From Azolla caroliniana (lineage: Eukaryota > Plantae > Polypodiophyta): a stretch of DNA of 64,000 nucleotides. The notes below the pieces were generated by a model that saw only the letters and a list, made by a program, of their open reading frames with translations, made no database searches and had not been told where the DNA came from. Within the stretch, counting starts at the first letter, position 1, and the number at the start of each line of letters is the position of its first letter. The stretch is taken from NCBI GenBank assembly GCA_043228905.1, contig JBHGNT010000016.1, forward strand, positions 16,430,001-16,494,000. Direction: 5' to 3'. The position numbers were made by a program, and so were the translations under genes. This document shows, piece after piece, positions 12,617 through 25,370 of the stretch.

Positions 12617-13098
12617 TGTTGTCCGCCGGAATAGTAACCGACGGACAGGGAGCGCAGAAATATAGAATATAGTATAAACCTAACGCATGTAAACGGTTCA
12701 CGCGGGAAGCGTGAACAGCTAAAAGACCATGTGTATATAAAGGGCAGAAATCCTCTGATACAGGTAGCGTGTAAATTTTGGTGCATAGAGCGTATCTTAA
12801 TAGAGTTTTATCTTCTTTGATCACTTGCGCAAATCTATGGTTAATCTACTGTGTGTCTGTGATTCTTGGTGGCGTACTGTAAGCACTATAATCGTAAGAA
12901 ACGTAGGCGTGAGTGCGAGTGTTGTGACTAGAGCACTGTCTAGGGAGTTCGGTTGTAGTCATCTCCCTTATACGCTACTAGGATATGGAGAGTTATCTCG
13001 TTACGTATTACGGTATGACGGTACCATTCGTGGCAACGCAGTCACCTTGAGGTCTAGGTCAAAGGACTGACTGAAGACCGTGTTCCTAATCGGTAACA
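12617..13098 (+). repeat. 3' LTR of Athila/Tat-like element
   Basis: TGTT...AACA ends; tatataaagg on + strand near 12734; U5 end similar to LTR starting at 61537 (minus). Confidence 0.75.
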
Positions 13099-15263
13099 AT
13101 ATGCCAGTCAATGCATCCTCTTGATTGATGAAAGTGAACCAAAGTGCAATGATGAAGCCATTGTTGATGAGCACAGAGAGAAATGGCTGAGTGCGATGCA
13201 AGATGATATGGACTCCTTGCATGAAAACTACACCTACGACCTAGTAGAGTTGTTGAAAGGTAAGAGAGCACTCAGGAACAAATGGGTCTACAAGGTAAAG
13301 ACAGGAGAAGCCGACAACACGCCCAGGTGTAAAGCCCGTATAGTGGTGAAGGGGTTTCAACAGAAAAAGGGCATCAACTTCGACGAGATATTCGCACCAA
13401 TCGTGAAAATGACATCCATCCGAACTATTCTGAGCATAGCTGCTAGGATGAACTTGGAGATCAAACATCTGGATGTCAAAATGGCATTCTTACATGGGAA
13501 GCTGGATGAAGATATTTACATGCAGCAACCCAAGGGCTTTGTAGAGAAAGGGAAAGAGAACCTGGTATGTCGACTGAAGAAAAGCTTGTATGGTTTGAAA
13601 CAAGCTCCACGCCAATGTTTCAAGAAGTTTGAATCCTTCATGGTGGAACATGGGTTCTAAATAACACAGGCTGATCACTGTGTGTTCGTAAAAAGGTACA
13701 ACGATGGAAACTTCTTGATTCTCTTGTTATATGTGGATGACATGTTGATAGTCGGTAAAGATACAAAGAAAATCGGAAGCTTGAAGAAAACTCTGCGCAA
13801 ATCTTTTGCCATGAAAGATCTTGGACTGGCTAAACAAATCTTGAGGATGCACATAGTTTGAGACAAAACTAAGAAGTTGCTATGGTTGTCAAAAGAGAAG
13901 TACGTGAAGAAAATCCTTGAAAGATTCAACATGTCGAATGCAAAGCCGGTTGGCTTGGTGTTTGCCAACAAACAACAGGTTGAATGCTAAACAATGCCTG
14001 AAAGGGGAGAAAGAAAAGGCTGAGATGAGGAAACTACCATATGCCTCAACCGTCGGCAATCTTATGTATGCTATGGTTTGCACAAGCCAGACATAGCATT
14101 TGTTGTGGGAGCAGTAAGCCGATATATGAGTAATCCAAGAAGAGAACACTGGGCAACAATGAAATGGATACTGAGGTGCTTGAAAAGCACCTCGCAGGTA
14201 TGCCTTAGGTATGGTGTTGGAAAACCTATGCTCAAAGGATTTACTGACTCAAACATGTCGGGGGATGTAGACTCAAACATGTCGGGGGATGTAGAGTCAA
14301 GTCAAGGGGAGCAGTGTTGTGGCAATCATGACTGCAGAAATCTGTAGCCTTGTCGACTATAGAGGCGGAGTATATGGCAGCGGTAGACGCCAACAAAGAG
14401 CTAATTTGGATGAGAAATTTCCTCAGTGAGTTGGGAATGAAGCAAAGGGATTTTTTGCTTCATTGTGACAGCCTGAGTGCCATACATCTAGCCAAGAATG
14501 TTGCATACCACTCCCAGACTAAGCATATACAAAGGAGGTATCACTGGTTGCGGGAGAAAGTCGAAGAAGGAGAGTTTACTCTCTTAAAGATCCATACCGA
14601 TGAAAATGGATCCAACATGATGACTAAGAGCCTGCCAATGAATAGACTTAGAGTTTGTCGACAGAGGACCGAACTAACTTACTCCCTCGCACTGGAGTGA
14701 AGGGGGAGTTTGTTGGGAATATGTCCCTCCAGTGGGCAAAGCTGACTGATCGAGCCGACCAGAGCCGAAAATTGAAGACAAGGAGGAGCCGACTGTTCGG
14801 AAGTAGCTGACAGTCGAAGAGTCGACAATAGAGAGTCAGCTATTAAACTGCTTATTATTATTATAGTTAATAGTAATAGCAATGATATGTATCCGTGGCT
14901 CCATTTGTAAACAATCCATATAGGGTATGAGTATAAATACACTTAGGGCAATACTTTTATATGTGTGTGTAGCTGTAGAAACAGTTGGTGAGCGAGAGAA
15001 CAAGAGTGAGTGAGAGCGGTGCTACAGCTATGTGTGTGCAGCTATAGACGACAAGAGCCATGTGTGGCAACTACACTCGACAAAAAGAGTGTTGTAATCC
15101 TCTCCAGATTGTATACCCACTATATAGTGAAGATTCGTTCTCCCGTGGTTTTCTCCCGTTTTAGGCTTTCCACGTTAAATATATGTGCACTATTTTGCTA
15201 GTGAGTCTGTGTTGTGTAATTCAGGGCATTTGTTTTCATGGATTCACAATTTGATTCTCTACA
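13099..15263 (+). mobile_element. Tnt1/Tork-like Ty1/copia 3' half: RT-RNase H pseudogene, PPT and 3' LTR (14711-15263)
   Basis: KARIVVKGF, LDVKMAFLHG, LKKSLYGLKQAPR, LLYVDDM, KHIQRRYHWLRE; PPT gaagggggag then tgttggg. Confidence 0.9.
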
Positions 15264-15399
15264 TGAGAGACAAATAGAGAGAGACCTCAGAAGAAGAAGC
15301 TATATTAGTGAAAATATAATTACATCCAGCAATAACTAAGTTACAAAATGTTGGTTTAAATACCAACTAATTTAGGGCAAATACCGATTCAAACAAGAC

Positions 15400-15950
15400 A
15401 TAAGATGAATTGGAAATAGTCGATTCAATCGAGGAGTTTGATTCGGGAGAGCCGAGTTGTATGACGAGCAAGCGGAGGAGAGGGCAGCCGAAGCCAAACA
15501 TCAAAACGAAGGATTAGACGTGTCAAGGGGCACCGATGTCATGACAACGAAGGAGCTGAGATGAGCCCGACAAGCAGACAAGCCAACCGTAAGGGTCGAG
15601 GTGCAAAGAACTAAATGATTCAAAGGAGCCTTGGACCTTAGGGATCATGGGATGAAGAACTAGACTGAACATGCAATGTGAGCTAGGTGGGAGGATGCTA
15701 GAAGGAGTCGGTTACAAAGACTGGCTACATCTAACAGAATGGACCGACGTCAAGTTGAGCTTCAGGGGGAGCGTTGAGCAAGCACACTCAACATGGGTCC
15801 AACTAGCTAGACAAGCTGGTAGGTAAGACCGGAGTCAATCTTGTTGGCTAGGCCAAGTTTCTGGACTAGATGCTAGATCAACTATAAAAGCTAGATACCA
15901 GATCTGGATGATGGACCGGCTGAGGACGTCGTCCAGAACGTCGCACATGC
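15400..15950 (+). mobile_element. Degraded copia 3' UTR, PPT and LTR start
   Basis: gtcaagttgagcttcagggggagcgttgagcaagc near 15750-15785 matches the PPT/LTR junction at 57425-57460. Confidence 0.55.
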
Positions 15951-16022
15951 CAACCTATTTTATTAAATAGGTCCAACGTAGGCAATTAGTGTCAAATGCT
16001 TCTTTAAGAGCATTGAAGTACA

Positions 16023-17427
16023 TGTCAGTACTTCTTAACCTTTTTATAGGTAGTTTGTATTGTAGTATTCTATACACGAGGACAACACTGTGAGAGTTGA
16101 CCGAGAGTGTAAAGATGGGAGGATTACTTTTAATCCTAGGGATTGAGATAACCCTTAACAGCCATGTGTGAACTTGTCTAGGGGCCTTAGGCCTGCTTAT
16201 AAACATGAAGCCTACCTATCCTCATGGAAGACATTATTCGACTATTCGACTATGTTGAAACTGTGATTTTGTGGTTAACAAACTATTGTGGGGAGCGCAC
16301 ACTGGTACCATGTATGATTCAATGCCATGGTGGTGGTATAGGATACAATACAAGGAATCGGGTCCTTCACAATCCCTTCAGTCAAGGGAGGTTGAGTGAA
16401 TTGACACTCCTCATTCTCTTTGTTTCTCTTTACAATCTTTTATCTATTTCCTTATTTTATGCCGACATTAAAAATACTCTCTAATATGTGGCATTAGAGT
16501 GACTTTCCTATGTTTCTTTTGTTGATTTTTGTTTTCTTTTTTATTCTGATCAATCGATGTTCGTCTGAGGGTTGATCCAGAAAGTTATTCACAAAAGAAC
16601 TTCAGTATTTCCTTTTTTTCATCAAAAAAAATAATATTTTTATTCTTTCTTCTCTCATTCTTAAAACATGTTTAGTTCAACTATGTTGTATTGGTCATAT
16701 TTATAAAACATACATAAATTATGTATATGTATGTGTTTTATGTCGTTATTGCGTATTACATATGTTATTACATTTGATATGACGTCAATACCTCAATTGT
16801 GTATTACCTACGCTTATATATTTTGGATGTTGTATGTGCGTAGAGGCTACATGTGTGGATAACATTATTCATTTGTTTATGTTTTGTTAATGATTTTTTT
16901 GTATATTCATCTTTAAAAACTTTCCTAACTTTTCATTACAAGAGTGTGATATTTTAAAGAGGAGAGTATGTTACAAGCATTACTATAATTTTATCATGTG
17001 GTAACTTGTATTGTAGTATTCTACAAGTGAGGATAAAAGCGTGAGAGTTAATTGAGAGTGTAAAGAATGGAGGACTATTTTTAATCCTAAGGATTGAGAC
17101 AACCGATAAGGCTAAGTGCGAACTTGCCTGGAGGCCTTAGGTTTGGTTATAAATATGAGGCCTAGATATCCTCATGGAAGACATTATTCGATTATGTTGA
17201 GATTGTAATCTTGTAGTGAATCAACTCTTCTGGCGAGCGTGTGCCAATACTAAGTAAGACTCAATGTCATGGTAGTGGTATGGGACGCCATTCAAGGCTT
17301 GGGTGTGTCTCAATTCCCTCACTCGGGGGTGGTCGGGTTATTTGACACCGTTCTTTCTCTCTCTTTCTCTTTACAATCTTTTATCTATTTCTTTATTTTA
17401 TGCTTAGACTAGAAATAATCTCTAACA
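16023..17427 (+). mobile_element. TRIM-like non-autonomous LTR element (two ~460-bp LTRs, ~480-bp non-coding interior)
   Basis: LTRs ~16023-16486 and 16969-17427; degenerate PBS tggcattagag; PPT aaagaggagag; left boundary uncertain. Confidence 0.75.
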
Positions 17428-18999
17428 AGAAGCCATGGGCTCAAGGTGAAGCACGACATTGTTTATCCATCCTCGTGACAACATTTAGTACACCAATTAG
17501 ATACATTCCATCTATTATAGCCAATGCTTGAATCCAATTCATATATGATGAAGAGTCGTGACAAAGAACATCCCTATGTAATCTTCACGCCAAAGAATGA
17601 CATCCCAATTGAACTCCCAATCGTCATTGCGATGCAAATAAGCACGTCCACTTCAAACTCACTCATAATTGAATGATATTCTACGAGGAAACATTCCTTT
17701 TGCTTTGTTGAGATGAAGATGTGTGGACTCTTTGAATGTTGTTGAATCAACACACCATTACACTATGAGGAGCACAAGTGTATTTCCTAAACATACTGCG
17801 TAATAATCACACACAAAGTATAAACGTTCACAAGCATACTTGTACAAACTAAAGAGGGAAGATCACATGAATCATGATTGACACCAACATGCCCATTCAA
17901 ATTTCGTAATCCTTCATGGAAAAAGCCATCAACTCCATCTCCTCAAGTTCAAGTTCGTACATCATTCACACCCTTCTCATCAGTTCTCCCGTCATCAACT
18001 TTATCTGTGTGTAAATGTGTGTGTTGTGGTTGTCTAATTGAGTAAATATGGTTGTGCAATGTCCAAATGTACATGCTAATATATATGTGTATGACGTGAT
18101 GTTTTTATTAGTAAATGATGGTAACACAATATCACTATGCATTGTATATGTTTCACTAGAAATGTGAGCATTAATTTGTCTATCTAAGTGTGTAGTTTAT
18201 GTGAATTTAAACATGGGTTTTAAGTGTCTAGGGGTCTTGGGATGAGTGTTTAAGTTTCTCGAAGAGATGAGGAAGCTTTACATAGGAGTTTTGATATTTT
18301 CATGGGGGAACAAATTAGCATTCCAAATAAACGGAAAGACCCTTGTAGATCTTGGACATAAATATTTAACCCCAAAATATGATGAGAAAACAGCATAAGA
18401 GAAAATATGGTTCAACTTTCTCTTTTCTTGCTCAAAAAATGAATTAATATTTAAATGGGCAAGTGGTTGGTTAGGAAACGTGCAAAGCTCCTAAGCCCGT
18501 AAAGATGGCATTCTAGCCAAGGTCAATTTTATCGCTGACAATAGAGAGGTCATGAAAGAAGCTCATTTTGTTCTTAAACTTCAAGGAATTTGTGTGGAAC
18601 TGGAAATAGATATTGGCCAAGTGAATCATATGTAATTAGCCAATTTATACTAATGAGATGTGTCATGCTACTTGATTGCCCAATATTGACGAGAAATTAT
18701 GCGTATGTAGGAGAAAAAGGTAGGGAAACCTGAATCCGTGTGAGACTTACGGCTCAATGTCGAGCCTATAGGCTTGGTTCCTATAGAGTTTGGTGAGAAG
18801 GATCCATGTTTATTTGCTCTTGAGTAACCCTTCATTCGGGTGGTTTGTAGCATGAAATGATGGCCATCCATGGTGGCTTTTTTTTACAAGGGAAATCTCA
18901 CTCTCAAGACCTCCCTTTCGTAATCTATCTAGAATATTAGCTTCCCACCACATGCTTTTTTTGAGGACGACTAGAGTGGCTTGGCTCCACCATCACTTT

Positions 19000-20180
19000 A
19001 AATTCAAGTCTCACCACGGAAACATGGAACTTGCTAACATCCTAACATGTAAATTCTTGTCACAATTTATATTTCAGAATCATAGATGTGACCTTTGTTA
19101 AGCGCTCGTGCCATTCGAAGTGGTGCAATGTCAAATAAATTACAAGGTTGATCCACATGCCAAATTGAACGCAACGAAGGATTTCCTACTTTGACAATGT
19201 AGAAAGAAACATCCACCCCAATTGCTAAGAAAGATGACGAGTGGTGGTAGGGACCCGTAGTTATGATGGTGGTTGAGGGTGAGCTAGAAAAAGGCATCAA
19301 ACTCGACAGGTTCATATTTTGATCACGTCTCGTCGGATTAATCTCCTCTAACTGCTCACACCCTCATAAATTCAAAAATCTCATGACTTCAAACTAGACG
19401 ATTGCAAGCCCAACTCTTCATTTCCTCTATCCTTGAGCTCCATGATTCCCAAAAAAGCAAAAACTCAAACCACTAAGTGCTCACCAATGGGAAAAAATGA
19501 ACCTAAAAAACCTAGCCTAGATCTTTTATAAGAGTTTGGAGCTTTCTCGTCCATCACTTAACTTTGTGTCTGCATTCATATCTATGCACAGGACCTAGTT
19601 CAATGTGTGTAATTTGTTTTAACGTCATGGCTGCCATATGCTATTTTTGGTCTTGAGTGAGATTTGGACCTCCATCTTTAGTTCAAACAACCATTTACTC
19701 TAACAAATTGAAATAATATCATTCCATTCTTCATATCTCCTTATGCATATTCATTTTTTTTCCAAAATAAAGCTACTTTCCCATTAGTTAGGAAGGATTA
19801 TTACAAGGAGACTATACAAGGAAGCTTCTTTCACACCTCCCTCCCTTCGATGTAGGCTTAGGTGTGCATATTCATTTTTATTATCATTGTAGATTCTCAA
19901 CTATTTGCTTTCTAGTTAGGGGGCATCTATATCATTCATTACGTACATAGAATAGTTTGAACTATTGACTCTTTAGTCCCTTTCAGCCCATGACAAGAAC
20001 TCCAGCTTTCCCACACACCCAATTAAATGTTTATCTTTGTGACATTTACGGGTTTCTGACTCAATTTACCCAAGTCCTTATTATGTCAGTTGTATTAATA
20101 AGAGATTTAATCATTTCAACAACTTCTGAAGTTATTTACAATATTGTTTAGTGGAGTTTGATAACTTCCACAAATGCAAA
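19000..20180. repeat. Diverged ~1.1-kb direct repeat, copy 1
   Basis: Colinear similarity to 23560-24545 (e.g. tgtcacaattt.tatttca.aatcat, aaaactcaaacca, tagattctcaactatttgctttct, ttaatcatttcaacaa). Confidence 0.85.
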
Positions 20181-20487
20181 GGCTATTTCAGAAATTATTG
20201 CAAGTTAATATAGAATGTGCCATTGCTTGTAAAATAGCTTATATGAATTATTATTACCTAAACTTAATAGATTTGACAATAAGTTCAATAGCATGTTATG
20301 ATTTCATCATTAATATCATCAATAGTTCAAATTCACAGAAGACCAAAGCTTGAGCAATTTGGCTTTTCGAAATATGATCAGGTGATTTACATACATGGAC
20401 AATTAGTTGATGAACCAAAGAAATATGCATGTTATGTATGTCTTATATATATGTTTTTCTTTATGTGTATATATATAATATATATAT

Positions 20488-20732
20488 GGGAAAAGTACCA
20501 GGATACCCCTGGAAGTTCGTCTATTAGAATGCCCCTGGAAGTTCCAAATTTACCAAACTACCCCTATGTCCAAAAAATTACACTTTATAAAATAATAATA
20601 CACTCAAAACTTTGGTAAATAAGGCTAGTTCGGGTCCATTTTTTGGACATAGGGGTAATTTGGTAAATTTGGAACTTCCAGGGGCATTCTGGTAAATAGA
20701 CGAACTTCCAAGGGTATCCTAGCACTTTTCCC
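20488..20732. mobile_element. Mutator-like MITE, 245 bp
   Basis: ~90-bp TIRs starting GGGAAAAGT and ending ACTTTTCCC; 9-bp TSD tatatatat/tatatacat in a TA microsatellite. Confidence 0.88.
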
Positions 20733-21353
20733 TATATACATATATATATAGACACATCTACATACAAAATACGCATAAACTTTTTATGGGTATGTGATGT
20801 ATCATATGTTTACACATTTGAAGGAGTATCCTTCAAAACATCTAAGTTTGAAGTTTAGATTGACATATGATTGCCCCCTTAATAATGCAAATGGTGAGTG
20901 ACAACAATTGAATTATGTTTGGCAAAATATAAGATGGTTGGGATGAACATAACACAATCATTCACCACATAACTTTCTTCGTCAACCACTTGGATGATTC
21001 TTCAAAATGCAGTATGCTTCGATAACAAGAAATCAACACTTTCAAGCCTAACAATCTTATTAAATTGCCGAGAAATAAATCCATTATTATTTTCATTATT
21101 TATTATCCATGCCCTAAACATAAACTCCCTCACTATTGAGACCTTGTATTCATTGTAATAATTTATGATGACCACACCACGCCAATGATCAATGTACATT
21201 AGTCATCACATAAGTTCTACTTATACTCAAACTTCATGATTTCTTTTTTCATGAAAACTAAACTGAAGGAAAATAGAGCAAAGTACTTAACTAATAACCA
21301 CACACAGTTTTAAGAAATTACTGAATATCTCTCCATAATACAGAAACATTTAA

Positions 21354-21521
21354 AAACTTATAGTTACTCTACAGAGTACCCAACACAGTTGTGTTGTATT
21401 ATTGTGCCCTCCGTTAACTTTGTGATGAGCTAATCAAAACTTATGGTTAGTCTACAATGTACCCAACACAGTGGTGTTGTATTATTGTGCCCTCCATTTA
21501 ACTTTGTGATGTACTAATCAA
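21354..21521. repeat. ~83-bp tandem duplication downstream of the AKR stop codon
   Basis: aaaacttat.gtta...gtacccaacacagt.gtgttgtattattgtgccctcc...aactttgtgatg..ctaatcaaa occurs twice. Confidence 0.9.
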
Positions 21522-21629
21522 AGAGGACATTTCACCATTATTGAGATAAACCGGGCTCCAATGCAATTGGCTCATGATGATTTGTGGAAGATGTACAAAT
21601 GAACCATGTGCAAGAAACATTGTCCCAAG

Positions 21630-23305
<1,676 letters not shown>

Positions 23306-23559
23306 AGTTGCTGCTACAGTAACCGATCACTCTACCAATCCTCGTATTTGTTTGGAACAATCGATCCCAACTCACAACTATATATTACATCGCCGCCTCT
23401 CAAGTACATAAATGCAACTAGCCAGTCAAACAATGATAAACGCAAATACTTTGGAACACAAGCAAACACCAATTTGTTTCTCTAAGAGGATAAAGAGAAC
23501 CGTCAAAAACTGTTTTCATAAACCAAAATTTGTCCTTGACTCTACCTCACTTTAGATTG

Positions 23560-24545
23560 GAGTCTCTTCATTAGAAACATAGAGCTCGCAGATATCCTAA
23601 CTTTGTAAATTTTTTGTCACAATTTGTATTTCAAAATCATGAACATGACCCTCATCGTGCGTTCATGCCATTAACAGTGATTCAAAGTTGGTCGGTCCAC
23701 ATCCCAAATTGAACACAATTACTGGTTTCCTATTTGATAATGTCGAAAGGAAAATTGTCCCTATTGCGCAAGAAAGATGAAGAGTGGTTGTAGGGACCCA
23801 TAGTTATGCTTATAGTGTTCAAGGGTGAGTTAGGTGGAGACATGTGTTCATATTTCAATCACATCTCATCGGATTAATCTGCTCTAACAACTCATATCTT
23901 CAAAAATTTTAAAACCTCACAAGTCCAAAGTAAACTTTCCAACTCTAAATTTCCTCCATCCTTGAGCCCCAAGATTCCCAAGAAATCAAAAACTCAAACC
24001 ATCCACTAATCGAAAAAACAAAACCTAAAAACACTAGCCTAGACATTTTATAAGACTTTGGAGCTTTCTTGTCCATTAGTTGAGTTTGTATTTGTATTCA
24101 TATCTATGGAGGGGACTTGGTTCGATGTGCCTGCATATGATATTTATGGTCTTAAGTGAGATTTGAACCTACACCTTTAGTTTGGAGTCTAGACAACAAT
24201 GTATTCTAACAAATTGAAATAATATCTCTTCATTCTTCATATCTTTTATGCATATTGATTTTGATCATTCTAGATTCTCAACTATTTGCTTTCTGATTAG
24301 GAGGTATTCATATCATCTTTACAAAAAATAATTTGAACTTTGGACCTTTGTGTCATTTGAGAGCCCATGAGTCATGACAAGACCTCCAACTTTGCCACAA
24401 CACCCCATTAAATGTTTATGTTTGTGACATTTGTGGTGGCTTTATCATGATAGTTGTATCAATATGATATTTAATCATTTCAACAATGTTAGAATCAACC
24501 TACAACATTGTACAATTGAGTTTGAAAGTTTCCACAAATGAAACA
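23560..24545. repeat. Diverged direct repeat, copy 2, upstream of AKR
   Basis: Homologous to 19000-20180; 24745-24785 also matches 21198-21235. Confidence 0.85.
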
Positions 24546-24852
24546 TCATTTGTTAAATTTAAGAAAAAAGAAATTATTAATGGAAGAGACTTAAATTATC
24601 TTCCATTGAAAGGGTCAGAGATGGATGTAGTATTATTTTATACCCTAAGAGTATAGATCAAACCCAAAACAATTTATTAACAAGAGAAGCATAAATTCTA
24701 ATGTATAGCATATCATAATCACGCCACGCAAATTATCAATGTGTATTAGCCATCACATAAGTTTTACTTATACTCGAACTTTGGCATTGCATTTATTTTT
24801 CCTTCATTTTCCCTCACCCTCATCCGTATCCATATAGATTTCTATATGTAAA

Positions 24853-25370
24853 TGTTAACGTGTGGAAGCTTATGACAAACCGACTCAGCCAAATAGCAAC
24901 AGAACTCAAATACAGGTTTAATGGAACCTCGTGAACACATAGTGCACACAGGAAGAGACAAAGAGAGCAGAACATAAACTCTATATTCAAAAAATAACAC
25001 TCTGTACATACATCGTGCTTCCACAACACTATTTATATGAGTCCTTAAAAGGACTAACAGAAGTACTTATGTACTTCAATGCTCATACGAGCGGCTGGCA
25101 CTAACTATGAAGATAATGACTACCTAGTTGTCTAAAAGCATAGGCCCCTAATAGCCTTTCGTTTCACACTTGATCCGGCTCTCTGATCCGGATACAATCA
25201 GGCTGAAGCTTGTACAGTCGATCCGGATCCGGTTGAGCTTGTCCACCCAACACTCCCCCTCAAGCTCAAGTTGAGGTCGGATCGTGGTATTAGTGTTTGT
25301 GGTAGCCGGTCCTTTCCTCCGGCTCCTTCTGGCGTCCTCTCGCCTTACTCGCGCTCCTTGTCCAGTCCGG
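24853..25370 (-). mobile_element. copia 3' LTR (24853-25252), PPT and 3' UTR fragment
   Basis: tgttaac...caaca followed by ctccccctcaagctcaa (minus-strand PPT); same family as 28514-28956 and 57448-57854. Confidence 0.85.

Noticed and set aside
14266-14300. 24-bp tandem duplication in copia RNase H region
   Set aside because: Ordinary repair scar next to a deletion
17430-18990. Possible decayed transposase or gene
   Set aside because: No recognisable motif or sustained reading frame
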